Of a stretch of 64,000 bases of DNA, positions 23,924 to 37,386 are shown piece after piece. The number at the start of each line of letters is the position of its first letter. Position 1 is the stretch's first letter. The stretch is from Macrostomum lignano (lineage: Eukaryota): the NCBI GenBank assembly GCA_002269645.1, contig NIVC01000250.1, positions 172,650-236,649 on the forward strand. The letters run 5' to 3'. A program made the translations under genes and the position numbers. The notes under the pieces are model-generated. The model saw only the letters and a program-made list of their open reading frames with translations. It was not told the origin of the DNA and made no database searches.

Positions 23924-24249
23924 CAGGGCATTGCCATAGATTTTATGGTAGGGCGGGGGCGGCAGCTGAGAATTCAACATGTACTATACATTGTTTTCAA
24001 AATTGGTGTTGTCAGCGCCCACTTTAACACTGCAGGCACTCGTTTTGGTACCACATACCCTTTTTAGTGTCCCAGGCACTCATTTTGGTGCTGCAGATGC
24101 TATATTTTTTTTGCCCTGAAGCAAAATTATTAATTTTCATAATGAGTCACAAGGTTGGATGGGGGGCACAAAGAATTGGCATGTCCCCTCATAGCTTTTA
24201 CTAGGAGGGGCATGCCCCCTGCCCCCTCCTAGTGGCAATGCCCAGGCTG
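23924..24249. mobile_element. hAT-type MITE
   Basis: 8-bp TSD ACAAAATG at 23916-23923 and 24250-24257; ends cagggcattgcca / tggcaatgcccaggctg. Confidence 0.75.
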
Positions 24250-26363
24250 ACAAAATGATTGTTTACAAGTAAGAAATCTTAGGAACTAGCAAAAAAGAAT
24301 GAAAAATTAGCATCTAGAATTAAAAAAGTTGGATACCAATTTTGGCATTTAAGGTAAAAATTCAGAATTTATACCTTATTCATAATTCATGTATTCATAA
24401 ATACATAAATTTAAAAGTTTATGAAAACCATGGTTTGTACAACTAAGACATGGTTTGTACAAGATAAGACATTATTTTTACATAGGCTTAAGCTTAAACT
24501 ATTCAAGAAGAAAAAATATATACTATCAATATTGCATTTTTGACAAAACTATATTGCATTTTGGTCACCTCAAACCATTTTAAAACAATTTTTAGAAGTA
24601 AATCTAAATTCACCTCTACTGTTAAAGTATATACTAAATTTTCTAAGGTGATTATTGAAAAAATCAATGAAATTGTAAATGAAATAACAACAATAATAAG
24701 CAAAAGCCAAATTTAAATTTAAGGATAGTTCATATGATCAGATTGAGTGCACACCAAGGTTAGGGCCTAGGGAATTTTAATCTTAGGACAATGCTATATT
24801 TAGGGAATTTTTATGATTTCTGATTCTAATTTATAGTACAAATTTAGTATTATAAATATCAGAGCAAGATCTTTTATATAATTTATAGTAGGTGAGCAGT
24901 GTGAGCACTTTTAGCATAGAAAACTATAATAAAGTTATAACATTTCTATATAGAAAATGCATTGTAGTTGAATTGGGTTTAACTCTTAGCAATGCTATGC
25001 TAGACACAAAAACATGATCTAAGCCTCACTGGGCTACAGTTTATTATATATTAAATAGTTAGTGCCAAGATGAAAATTTAAGCTTAAGCCAGGCTGCGCA
25101 GGCTGTACAGAGAGTACTTTCACTAGCTTGTGTACATTGTATATTGAAAGCGATATGAGCTTGTTGGAGAAAATAAATCAGTAGGCACAATAGAATAGCC
25201 ACAGATTGAGATTGAGTAATTGATTGAAAATAAATAGCACTTTCCACCACATGCATTATCCAACTATAAGAAAGCACATTTAGCCTTTTATGAGCACTTG
25301 ATTGGCTAGAGTGAATGTTATAAGAGTAAACCTAAAGATCTATGAGCTATTTAACATTTTTACTATGGTAACTTAGACTTAAAATAAAAAAATCTAGTGA
25401 TACATTGAAGATGCTCCATAAATACTTATACTTTGCATGCTAACAATGAACAATATATCCTATGATAACAAGTTTGATATTGCTAGAAAGCAGCTTTTCT
25501 CTTTTTTTAAAATGCTAAGAGTTATTCTATTCTATCAGTTACAACAAAGAATGCAATGAAAGGTCATAGATATAGACTTACAAGATTTCAGTGCTAATTA
25601 TTTATGGACACCAACAACCCAATTGTCCACATCAACACCATTGAGAGGTCATGCTATCTTGGGCCCATATTAAGCTTAAAAGTGAAATTCAGGGTAATGC
25701 ATAGCACTTTCATGCCCTATTTAAGAGCCAACTGAATTAAATATCTATGAGGGATATCCCAAAAGTCATTTCAATAACTATAAAAAATAAAACAAATAAC
25801 TAGAAAGTTATAGAATTCAAGTCCTTCAAAGTAGCATCCTTTGGTTACAATTAGCAATCATGTAATGCCAGAGCTCTAACAGCTTCTCACTTTATTAACA
25901 ATGCTAGAAGCATTCCAAACTTGTTTATGCAATGATAGCAATTGCCTCAAAGCTTGGGAAAGATAAAAGTTATAGAGACTTTGTGTCAAAAAAAATAAGT
26001 AAAATGCAATAGTATATCCTAATCATAGTTTTCTAGCAGCTTCTTTATAAGCCTAGCCATACAAGGATTTGCATTTTCATAAAGTAAAAGCAGCAATGAT
26101 CAATCTTCTAGTACATATAGTTTCCCTATTGGAATAAGTGTAAAAGACCTGTAGACATCCAATATGGGGTCTAAAATTACAGCTCAAAACTGCAAAACAA
26201 AATAAAAAATGTTAACTTTCACATAAATATAGGCATAATACGAGTGTACTAATTAGATAACAAGGCATTTAGCCCTGATAAAATATAGCTACTCATATGT
26301 TTACTCAAAACTGTACCATACTATAACACTACTTGCTTTTTAGAAAACTAGTTAAAGACAATA

Positions 26364-29300
26364 TGTTGTATCGTGACTTGAATTGAAGTGTGCAGTGTGG
26401 GGCTGCACCTCAATTGTTATTGGCGCTGAGTTTAGGACTGCTTGCTCTCTCCCCGTCTGCTCTGTCTGTCAATGTACGCTTATGCCTAACCGTCTAATCT
26501 ATTAGCTGATGCTTTACTCGTATCTGCATGTACATCTATGTGCAATGCCAACTACAATAAATAACAACCTCTCGCCCATTTGCGGCTCAAGTTTGGCTAG
26601 CCAGCCACGACACGACAATGGCGTCGCAAGCAGCCAGTGAATTACCTCTCAATGATCCAGCCATGGCTGAGGCCTGGCTGCAAAGTTTTGAAGCACTGTG
26701 CAGGCACAAAAAACTGCAAGATACAAACAAAGAGAAGCAGGTGACAGACCTCTTCCTTGCTCGAGCAGGAATCAATGCAGTCCGATCCGTCTCTATCATG
26801 GCAAAGCCGAAAAACATTGAGGATATGACCTTCAAGGACATCAAGAAAATGATCATCGGGCGACTCCAGCCCAAAAAGAAACTGGTGATTGCAGAGCGCA
26901 CAAGGTTCATGTCCCAGCGGCAGCTGTCAACAGAGTCGGCCCAGCAGTTCGCGGAGCGCTTGAGAGACGCGGCAAAGCACTGTGAGTTTGACAAGCTCAA
27001 CGAAAAAGACTGCAAACAGTCAGCCGAGGATGACTTGATCCAAACACTGCTGATCAGCGGCTTGTGCAACCACAGCCAGCGGACTAAAACACTTGAGCAC
27101 ATTCAGAGCTCTGAGAATCCAGTGACTCTGGACACGTGTCTGCAGTACATCCAGCAGTTAGAGCTCATCCAGAGCTACAGCTCAAGCGACCGATCTGCTG
27201 AAGCCCGAGAGCCTAGCAGAAGCTCCGAGACGGCTGAGAGTTCAACGCCAGTTGCCAGCATCGACAGGAACCGCAATAGCGGTGCTCAGTGCAGGTCGTG
27301 TGGTCTGCAGCACCAGCCAGGCAAATGCCCTGCATTCGGGAAGACCTGTAACAAGTGCCACCGCAGGAACCACTTTGCTGCAGTCTGCAGGAGCAGCGCC
27401 AAGTCCAAGTCAGTTGCACCTGCCCATGAAATCGACACGAGTGAGTGTGAGCAGGCAGGCATCTACACCATCGTCGGCAACGAGAGCGGAAGCGGCAGCA
27501 TAAAAACTGTGCTCATTGAAGGCAAGCCGTTCAAAATGCAGCTCGACTCTGGATCCGGTGCGAGCATCATTCCGATAAACTTCTGGAGGAGCCTCAGTGA
27601 GCCCAAGCTACGAAAGTCCAAGCTGAGACTGCGACAATTTGACGGAACGGTCATCAGAACTAGAGGATGCTTCACGGCGCTCATCGAAGTCGGGAGACAA
27701 ATCGCCTGTGCGGACGTGACGGTCACCGAATGCACAAAGAAGCACGGCCTTATCGGAACAGACGTGCTGGACTTCAAGCTGGACACAGCGACTGTCAATC
27801 AAGTGGAGCGCAGCAGCAAACCGCTAGGCAAGCTCAAAGGTTTCCGTGCTCGGGTCCTGCTCAGGGAGAACGCTCAGCCCAGCTTCTTCGATGCCCGGCC
27901 ACTCCCGATTCATCTCAAGCCGCTGGTGGTGGCTAAGCTGCGGACGATGATCGACGCCGGGATCCTCGAGCCCGTGCCGCCAGGCGGCAGCAGTTGGGCA
28001 TCGCCCATTGTGGTGGTGCGCAAGGCCGACGGAGACCTGAGAATCTGCTCCGACTACAAGATTGGGGTGAACCCGAAGATCTGCTCTGACGCCTACCCAC
28101 TGCCCAACATCGAGCAAGCCTTCAGTGCCCTGGCAGGTATGAAGCACTTCGCAATTGTAGACTTAACAAATGCCTACAACCAGATTGAGCTAGACGAGGC
28201 CTCCAGAGAAATACTCACCATCAACACGCCCCTAGGCCTGCTCAGATGGACGCGCATGCCATACGGGGTGAAGACGGCCAGTGCGCAGTTCCAGGCTGCC
28301 ATGGAGGCAACGGTCGGCGGTGCGGTCAGCAACCTGGTGATCTACCAAGACGACATGTGCGTTGGCGCCACCACAGCGGACGAATTGGACAGCAAAGTCC
28401 GGGACCTGCTGAGAGCGCTTTCTGATGCCGGCATGTCAATCAACGAAAAAAAGTGCGTTTTCCGCAGCACGGAAATCAGTTTCCTTGGCTACCGCATCGC
28501 GGCTGACGGCGTGCGCCCTGATCGGAAGCTGGTGGAGAAAATCCTCGGCGTGAGCACCCCGGCGAGCAAAAAGGAACTCGAATCATTTCTAGGAATGACG
28601 GTATACTACTCGCGCTACATCAAGTCCTACTCGGAGAAGACCGAGCTGCTGACCGAGCTGCGGAGCAAGAAAGTCGCGTTCCATTGGGGACCTCGGCAGC
28701 AGAAAGCATTTGACGAGCTCAAGCAGGCGCTTGCAGCTTCCCCAGTGGTCCGAATCTTCAATGCAAGAAAGCGCACAACTCTGACTACTGACGCTAGTGA
28801 AAAGGCCATAGCAGCAATCCTCTCTCAGGACGAGCACCCAGTGATGTACCTGTCAAGACGGCTGACACCGGCTGAGAGAAATTACTCGAATATCGAGCGA
28901 GAGGCCCTGGCTGTGGTGTGGGCCACTCAGAGAGCCAGACACTTTCTTCTCGGCAGCAAGTTTGTGCTCCAGTGCGATCATCAACCATTGGAGTTCATTT
29001 TTAGTCCGTCTCGGGAGTTTCCAAAGGTCACATCGGCTAGGATCATGCGCTGGGCGTTGCAGCTGTCGGCCTTCGACTACGAAATCTCGTACATCAAGGG
29101 CAGCTGCATCCCGCATGTCGACGCGCTGTCTCGAATTGAATTCAAGGAGGAAGGCGATGGAGACGACTGCCAGGAAAGCTTTGTTCACTGGACAGAGACG
29201 GAGGTGCTCAAGCTGGAGCAGATCAGAGACGCCACTGACAATGACCCGGTGCTCGCCAGCGTCAAGCGCAGGATCCGCAGCAATGCGTGGAACAACTGCT

Positions 29301-30771
29301 CGGCAGCGGAGCGACCGTATAAAGCCGTCCGCCAGCAGCTCTCAGTGGAGAATGGTGTCGTCTGCCTGAGAGACCTGGTGGTCCCGCCTAGCCGGCTGCG
29401 GCAAGACGTGCTGCGAGCGGCTCACGGTGACTCGCACTGCGGTGCCCTAGCGACAAGAAATTGACTCAAGCTGGAAGCCTGGTGGCCGGGTCACTGCGAG
29501 GACGTCGAAAACTTCGTCAAGCAATGCCAGCGATGCGCGGAGATCCGTCCAATGCCTGCCAGAACGTGCCACACCTGGCCGGCTGAAGATGGTCCCTGGA
29601 GACGCGTGCACATGGACCATGCTCACGTTCCCGGCTTCGGCCTGCTGCTCATTGTGGTGGACGCCTTCTCCGGCTGGCCGGAAGCAGTGCCTGTTGCCGA
29701 CAAGAGCGCGACAACGGTCATCAAGGTACTCCGCCTGATTTTCTCCCGCCTGGGTGTGCCGCATACCTTGGTGGCGGACAATGCTCCGGAGTTCCGTGAC
29801 CAGCAGCTGCACGAGTGGCTCAAGAAGATCGGCTGCTCGCCGATGCACTCGCCGCCGTATCATCCGCAGTCAAACGGGTGCGCCGAGCGCATGGTCCAGA
29901 CCGTCAAGAAGGGGCTGCGGGCCTTCGCCGTGCACCAGGGCCGGTTCGACGCGTACCTCGCCAAGCTGCTGCTTAACTACCGGGCCACTCCGCGGGGCGA
30001 CAGGCGTGGCAGTCCATCTGCGCTTATGGGGCGACAGCTGCGAAGTCCGCTGACCCTCCAATTCGACACCGATGCGCCGCTCGTCTACCAGTCGCGGCCA
30101 GGGGGGCCGGCGGAGACCGTCCGCTTTGTGGTACAGGCCGGCCACAACACGGCCGTGGTCACCCGGGACAAGGATGACAGGCCTGTGCTGGCACACTGGG
30201 ATCAGCTGCGCTTGCGTCCGAGTCCAAGCCGGGCGGAAATTACGGACAACACTGACGACAGCGGCCGGGACCCTGACGATGCCGGCCGGAGCCCTGACAA
30301 CGGCGACCGGAACCCTGACGACGGCAACCAGAACCCTGACGAAGGCGGCTGGAACCCTGACGAAGGCAGCCGGAACCCGGAACCTGATAGCCAGCGGCCA
30401 GACGCAGCGGCACCACCGCAGCAGGCCGCTGAAGCTACACCGGAGCCCCGACGAAGCTGCAGGTCGACCAAAGGGGTCGCCCCAGACCGACTGTCTCCTC
30501 GTTGGTGATGAGGGGATGTTGTATCGTGACTTGACTTGAAGTGCGCAGTGTGGGGCTGCACCCCAATTGTTATTGGCGCCGAGTTTAGGACTGCTTGCTC
30601 TCTCCCCGCCTGCTCTGTCTATCAATGTACACTTATGCCTAACCGTCTAATCTATTAGCTGATGCTTATACTCGTATCTGCATGTACATCTATGTGCAAT
30701 GCCAACTACAATAAATAACAACCTCTTGCCCATTTGCGGCTCAAGTTTGGCTAGCCAGCCACAACACGACA
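26364..30771 (+). mobile_element. Full-length Ty3/Gypsy (Mag/K02A2.6-like) LTR retrotransposon, 4408 bp
   Basis: LTRs 26364-26617 and 30517-30771 (TG...CA; 9 substitutions and 1 indel); TSD CAATA; PBS-like TGGCGTCGC at 26619; purine tract before the 3' LTR. Confidence 0.97.
26618..30508 (+). pseudogene. Single gag-pol ORF with one in-frame stop (TGA 29462-29464)
   Basis: Two zinc knuckles (CRSC..H..C, CNKC..H..C), protease LDSGSG, RT YQDD, RNase H TDAS/YSNIEREAL, integrase HHCC plus MDHA/DNAPEF/GCAER. ORFs 26618-29464 and 29552-30508 share one frame. Confidence 0.95.
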
Positions 30772-31833
30772 CAATAAATGATGAAGATTTTGTAGTATTA
30801 CTAGTTCATGTCCTTATTTTGGGAGTTTTGACATGATACTTGTAATTATATCAAAGTAATTGTAACAAAAGATAAGACTTATCTTCTTTGAATCCTTGTT
30901 GCATCTGAAGACTAGGCTAGGCCTAATACAAGATTATTATCTTAAGATTAGGCTTATATTTTTAGTATATATAAGTAGAGCCATGTCTTATTCAAAGAAA
31001 TGGTTATAAAGAAACAAATCTCTTTTTTTCTTTCTAAGTGGCAATGTAGCATAATAGCTGCTTGGCAATGGTTATCTGGTGATCTTTTAGTATAATGCCT
31101 AGATGGCAAGGTATCTATTATATCTAACAAGTAAAAACTTTCTACATGTCAATATTTTTTGCTAAAAATAAAATATAATCATATATATACAATTCCCCTT
31201 CTCTAATTTACTGGCCATGCAATTTATTTTTTGATTAAAAATGTAACTTACCTATAAAAAACATTAAAGTAAAAATCTATGTAGTTTTAGATAAATGGTA
31301 AAAGTAACTAGGCCTTTGGCTGTCTTTTTAAAGCCAAATGTCTTGTTATCTAATCTAATCTAATCTAAATCTAATAAATCTAAGTACTAATATATATATA
31401 GGGCCTATTCTTTAAAGTAGGAATTTTTGCAACTTACCCCAAGTCTACCAGAATTTATAGTGGCTAGATTGGCTAGCAATGCAGTTGCACATATATGAAA
31501 AATAAAATATAAATTTTATATTATTCAGTCAAAAAATAATAACTAAGACTATTTTAGATTGCTACTAAAAGGGCCTATTTTTCTATCAGATAAATATCTT
31601 AAAAATTATAGGGCCCATACATGCGCAACAGTCGGCCGAGTCGGCCGATCCGGCCGACCGATTTGGCGGCCAACCAAGTAAGTCGCAAAATTGATTAACC
31701 GCCAAAAAAAACGAAAAAACAAAAGACGAAAAAGGGGAAAGGAAAAGGAAAAAATGAGAAAAAGGGAGCAAAGAGAAAGAGAAAAACACAAAAAGAGTTG
31801 TAAGTGCTGTAAGTTGCAGCACTGAAGACAAGG

Positions 31834-33401
31834 TAAGTCGCACCGAGGGCAAGCTAAGTCGCACCGAGGGCAAGCTAAGTCGCAGCAGGACCGAGCTAAG
31901 TCGCACCGAGGGCAAGCTAAGTCGCAGCAGGACCGAGCTAAGTCGCACCGAGGGCGAACTAAGTCGCACCGAGCGAGAGCTAAGTCGCACCGAGGGCGAG
32001 CTAAGTCGCACCGAGGGCAAAATAAGTCGCACCGAGCGAGAGCTAAGTCGCACTAAGTCGCAGCAGGACCGAGCTAAGTCGCACCGAGGGCGAGCTAAGT
32101 CGCAGCAGGACCGAGCTAAGTCGCACCGAGGGCGAACTAAGTCGCACCGAGCGAGAGCTAAGTCGCACTAAGTCGCAGCAGGACCGAGCTAAGTCGCACC
32201 GAGCGAGAGCTAAGTCGCACCGAGGGCGAGCTAAGTCGCACCGAGGGCAAAATAAGTCGCACCGAGCGAGAGCTAAGTCGCACTAAGTCGCAGCAGGACC
32301 GAGCTAAGTCGCACCGAGGGCGAGCTAAGTCGCAGCAGGACCGAGCTAAGTCGCACCGAGGGCGAACTAAGTCGCACCGAGCGAGAGCTAAGTCGCACTA
32401 AGTCGCAGCAGGACCAAGCTAAGTCGCACCGAGGGCGAGCTAAGTTGCAGCAGGACCGAGCTAAGTCGCACCGAGGGCGAACTAAGTCGCACCGAGCGAG
32501 AGCTAAGTCGCACTGAGGGCGAGCTAAGTCGCAGCAGGACCGAGCTAAGTCGCACCGAGGGCGAACTAAGTCGCACCGAGCGAGAGCTAAGTCGCACTAA
32601 GTCGCAGCAGGACCAAGCTAAGTCGCACCGAGGGCGAGCTAAGTTGCAGCAGGACCGAGCTAAGTTGCACCGAGGGCGAACTAAGTCGCACCGAGCGAGA
32701 GCTAAGTCGCACTGAGGGCGAGCTATGTCGCAGCAGGACCGAGCTAAGTCGCACTAAGGGCGAGCTAAGTCGCACCGAGGGCAAAATAAGTCGCACCGAG
32801 CGAGAGCTAAGTCGCACTAAGTCGCAGCAGGACCGAGCTAAGTCGCACCGAGGGCGAACTAAGTCGCACCGAGCGAGAGCTAAGTCGCACTAAGTCGCAG
32901 CAGGACCGAGCTAAGTCGCACCGAGGGCGAGCTAAGTCGCACCGAGCGAGAGCTAAGTCGCACTAAGTCGCAGCAGGACCGAGCTAAGTCGCACCGAGGG
33001 CGAGCTAAGTCGCACCGAGCGAGAGCTAAGTCGCACCGAGGGCGAGCTAAGTCGCAGCAGGACCGAGCTAAGTCGCATCGAGGGCGAACTAAGTCGCACC
33101 GAGCGAGAGCTAAGTCGCACTGAGGGCGAGCTATGTCGCAGCAGGACCGAGCTAAGTCGCACTAAGGGCGAGCTAAGTCGCACCGAGGGCAAAATAAGTC
33201 GCACCGAGCGAGAGCTAAGTCGCACTAAGTCGCAGCAGGACCGAGCTAAGTCGCACCGAGGGCGAGCTAAGTCGCACCGAGGGCGAGCTAAGTCGCACCG
33301 AGCGAGAGCTAAGTCGCACTGAGGGCGAGCTAAGTCGCAGCAGGACCGAGTAAGTCGCAGCAGGGCCGAGGTAAGTCGCAGCAGGACTGAGTTAAGTCGC
33401 A
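31834..33401. repeat. Subterminal array of TAAGTCGCA motifs (~75 units, mostly 21 bp, several spacer types)
   Basis: Invariant TAAGTCGCA followed by ccgagggcgagc, gcaggaccgagc, ccgagcgagagc or a single c; the same 9-mer occurs in the element ends and its MITEs. Confidence 0.95.
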
Positions 33402-33605
33402 GAGCATCTTTAGGATTATTAGGATAGGATTAGTTTAGGATGAATTTAATGTATCACTTACTAGGGTGTAGGCTACGTGTGCATTAACGCATCAATTTGA
33501 AAAATTAAGAATTACGAAGCCAGAAATGGCTAAGGAATAGAAATAGGGATAGAATAACTTATAAGCAGTAATTTTTCAGCCCTATTACAATTGCAAATCA
33601 TACTT

Positions 33606-36600
33606 TTAATAATATTTAATTAGCAAATTAAAACTGCAAGATTCTAACGGTCTTATATATGAACTTAGAAGAACTGTAGTCTGACCAGAGATTGTCCTTT
33701 CTGTAGCGCGTTCTGAAGCATCTGCATCTCTAGAGTCTGAATCAGAAAGATGGTCCTCTGTTTCAGATTCAGAGCTGTCATCTTCCATTCCAAACCGTCT
33801 AGCAAGAGGTATGATTCTCGAACTGTATGTAAAGACAGTATGTAATGTTTCAGCATTAGGCAATAACACTGGGTTGAGCACATTAAATATTGAGTAGTCA
33901 TCCTCAGGAAAATAATTACGCAGCTGATCAATTATGCTATCAATGATTCGACTGCGAATCTCATCCAGTGCTGGATAAGCTCCCATGTCAACAACACTGC
34001 CACGTCCACTAGCATCAAATAATCTATTTCTTAGAGATCTGTCTGCAGCAGAACCTGGTTGCTTCAACTCAAACCTCTCTGTTGGATCGCTGCTTCCAGG
34101 GCCGGAAGGACAAGCAAAGTTAGAATAAGATAGGTCTCTTGTGTGACATCCTGAATGGTATTCCAGCTGCGGATATCCATCTGCAGTTCCCAAAACTCGA
34201 CGACACTTGCAGGAAGCCAAAAAGTCCACAATGCGAGGACCATTGTTCGTTTTTAAGGTTTCTAGTGAATGGATAAGGTTAGTGTGGCGTTCTTGCAAGC
34301 CAATAAATGTACCCTTGGCTCTTTGAAACTGCAAGGACTCAAATTCCAGTAATTTTAGAATGTCCATGAGAAATAGATGTAATGAATAATACCGGACATT
34401 TTGCAATGTTTTCAATAATCCAGAGGCAGTTGCTTTACTTTCGTCATCAAAGCCTGAGGAAGGTGATTTGATATTTTCTAAATTTGTCAGAAGCAAGTAG
34501 TACGACTTTCGAATCACATCAAGAGCAGACACTTCCGATGCAACCCACCTGATGCGATATATTCTTTTTAATTCATAGAAAACCAAGTTGAGTGCTTCCG
34601 AAGTTTGTGCCAAAGATGCCTTACGTTTAACAGCGTGGCTCATATAAAATTTGTGTAGAGAATTTATATTCTTATCGAGATGTTGCATAAATGGGAAGAT
34701 TTCAAAGGCATGATAGATTGAAAGTTCTAACTTATGCGCTGCACAATGGTGCTGAAAAAATTGTTTGCTAGCCCAAGGCCTCAGTTGACTTATTAATCCC
34801 ACTCGACTTCCTGTCATTACGGATGCACCATCAGTTGTCACCCCCAATAGCCTTCGTTTGATTTCATCTTCTAGCTTGTCATCCGAAAATAAACGGATGA
34901 GAAGTTCATAAATGCTTCGTCCAGTCTCTACTTCAGTCAGACGTTTAAACCGATAAAAAACATCAAATGTTGGCTGTTTTCAAGAACTCTGAAGTATATC
35001 ATGACGTAGCTGTTTGAATGAATATCAGACGTTGTATCTAGTACAATAGAAATCGGAAGATTGTCAGCACTTTTAATGTAATTCACAAATGTCCGATGCA
35101 TTGTATTACTGATTGATTCCACCATTGCTGCGGCACTTTTGCGATGCTTATGATGGCTCCCCATATCCAACCCATTTTTTACTTGTAAATCAATCATATT
35201 TGGATGAGCACTGAATGGAATATTAGATTTGACTTCGGCATAAACTGTTGTCAAAACTCGGGCTGTTATTTCATCTCGTTTAGTTTTAGCTAGTCTAGCG
35301 GCCTCATTCATCTGTTTGAGTTGCTTTGCAAGAACTGAAGTATGTTTTTCCTTCATCCACTTTATGGCGTCACTGAAGTGTATTTGATGAATGTTCCTGT
35401 AGTTTTCTTCGTACGCTATCTTTTGCATGACCTTTGGGAATGTAGCCTTGTTCTGTTGCAAAAGTTAACTTACGTTGGCTCTCTAGATTTGTCTCCTTTT
35501 TCTTATGTGCATTCAAAAATTTTCTGCAGATCCGACATTGTATTCCAGATCTTGATAGATCTTCGGTGTTTTGAACATATTGAAACCATGTCTTCATTTC
35601 TTGTGACACAAATTTTCTTGAAAATGATCTGCAATGGTCAAATTAGAGAATATTTTGGGATTTGGACTATTTGTGAGTATCTAAAAGCAATATGCTAATA
35701 AGTGCAATACACAATACACTATACATTAATTTACAGTTCGTCAGTTTCCATTTACTTACTGTGACTGGTGCATCTCCAAAGAATGTAACCACTCCTCTCG
35801 AAAACCAGATGTATCCTCCCAGTCCTTTTTAGGGAAAACTTCAATATTTTCGCCCATCATAGAGGAAGACGAGGGCTTTGATGCTGAAGTGGCTAGACAT
35901 GCGTCTGCAGATGTGCTTATGCATGGTATTTTTTTTGCGATGGCCCTGCTTCTGCAGTATTTACTTGTACTATTTCAACATCACCTGAACCCCTTGAGTC
36001 GCTCGAATCTAAATCAACAATAGGACTTTGGCAAAGTGATCGTTTCGTTGATTGTCTTTGAATATTTACTTGCCTAATAATTTCCACTTGTAGTTTGCTT
36101 GTTTGCTGGTCATTCTCCAACAACTCTCTTCTTTCCTGTACATTTGCAGCAGAGCAAAAATTAGAAGTTTCTGCAGCAGCAGTTTGAACAGCATGATCTC
36201 GATTAGCTGCTATTTGCTCTGAAAATTCATAGGACCTGGCCAATTCACTACGGTGTGAGCTTTCAGAACATGGAGCTGGAGCAGGAGCTAGTCGCATTTC
36301 GATTCTTTCTGTTGCTGATGAAGCAGATGCTAATGCTGAGTCTGCCAATGTACCTGCTTCTCTTGAAGGTGTATTTATGATGGCTTCAATATTGTCCTCT
36401 AAAATCCAATGAGCACCTGAGCAGTCATTTTCTCTACCTGGAGTCAACTGTCCAAGTTTCCACCTTGTAAAAAGCAAAGGCTTTCGTAACTCACTGCTGG
36501 ATTCAGGGCACCGGTTTATTGAATAGTCCTCATGACCAAGTTCATCCCATTCTCTTGCTGGCTTTAAGATGTAGTTGGGCTTGTCTCTTAGCCTACGATA

Positions 36601-37386
36601 AATGGACTAAAAAAATGTGCACCTGTTATTTTGTGTACTTCGTGCATAGATGATCATGTCATGCACATTGTTCCTAATAATTTCAGCTAATGAGTTATCA
36701 ATGATAATTTTATCTTCATAAACAGGTCTTCTTTGTGTTGCATGCATTTTAGCTAGTCGCAGTTTTCCAATGCTACTGGCAGTTGTGGAACTTGAACTGT
36801 CCGATTCTGATCTAGAAAAGTCTCGTTGATACAAGAGAATAATGGCCATAGCACTTTTACCATTCCCATTCTTTAATGCATTTGGTTCTGTTGGAATTGT
36901 CTTACTAGCAGACTTGAAAAAATCAATGATGGATGACTGCGATGATCCACTAGGAGCGGAACTTGGCAGCCCATGTCTAGTTTTTCCCTGATACCCAATA
37001 GATGTATCGGTAAAAAACATATCTGCTGCTTCCTGCTTCTCTTTTGATGCAATAACAAAGAAACTGCTGTCCGTTTTGAAGCCCGAGGACCGATAGAAGT
37101 CAGCAGAAAATGAAACCACAGGTCGTCTAAAATCGCCGCTATATTCTTGAACTCCAATCAGAAGAAAATCACGGAGTCTCACTGGCACTGATCCTAATAG
37201 CATTGCAGTTGTGGAACAAACTTTCTTCAGCTCAATGAACTCTGAAAATTCTTGAGATCCAATATTAGGCTCATCAGTATTTAACTCATTTATAACAATT
37301 GAGCACTCACTCTCAGCTAGAATACCATTGATAGCTAGGATGCCACTTAGAATCAGTAGGCAAAGACAACTAAGGCTGTACATCAT
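33606..37386 (-). pseudogene. Signal peptide + lamin-tail-like domain + TTF-type zinc finger + hAT (ZNF862/KIAA1586-like) transposase, disrupted
   Basis: Exon 37387-35760 (in-frame TAG at 36607-36609; indel in A-run 35929-35936), intron 35759-35629, exon 35628-33606 (frameshifts near 35390 and 34973). Motifs CRIC..H..H, VLDTTSD, TTDGASVM, HCAAHKLEL, IRWVAS. No S.ER.FS dimerisation motif seen. Confidence 0.8.

Noticed and set aside
27213-30625. Many antisense or shifted ORFs within the Gypsy element
   Set aside because: Shadows of a GC-rich gag-pol ORF with no independent motifs.
31586-33401. CRISPR-like appearance and VRLSSPS ORFs of the TAAGTCGCA array
   Set aside because: The repeat is only 9 bp, spacers recur from a tiny set, the context is eukaryotic with no cas genes, and the ORFs are by-products of a stop-free 21-bp unit.
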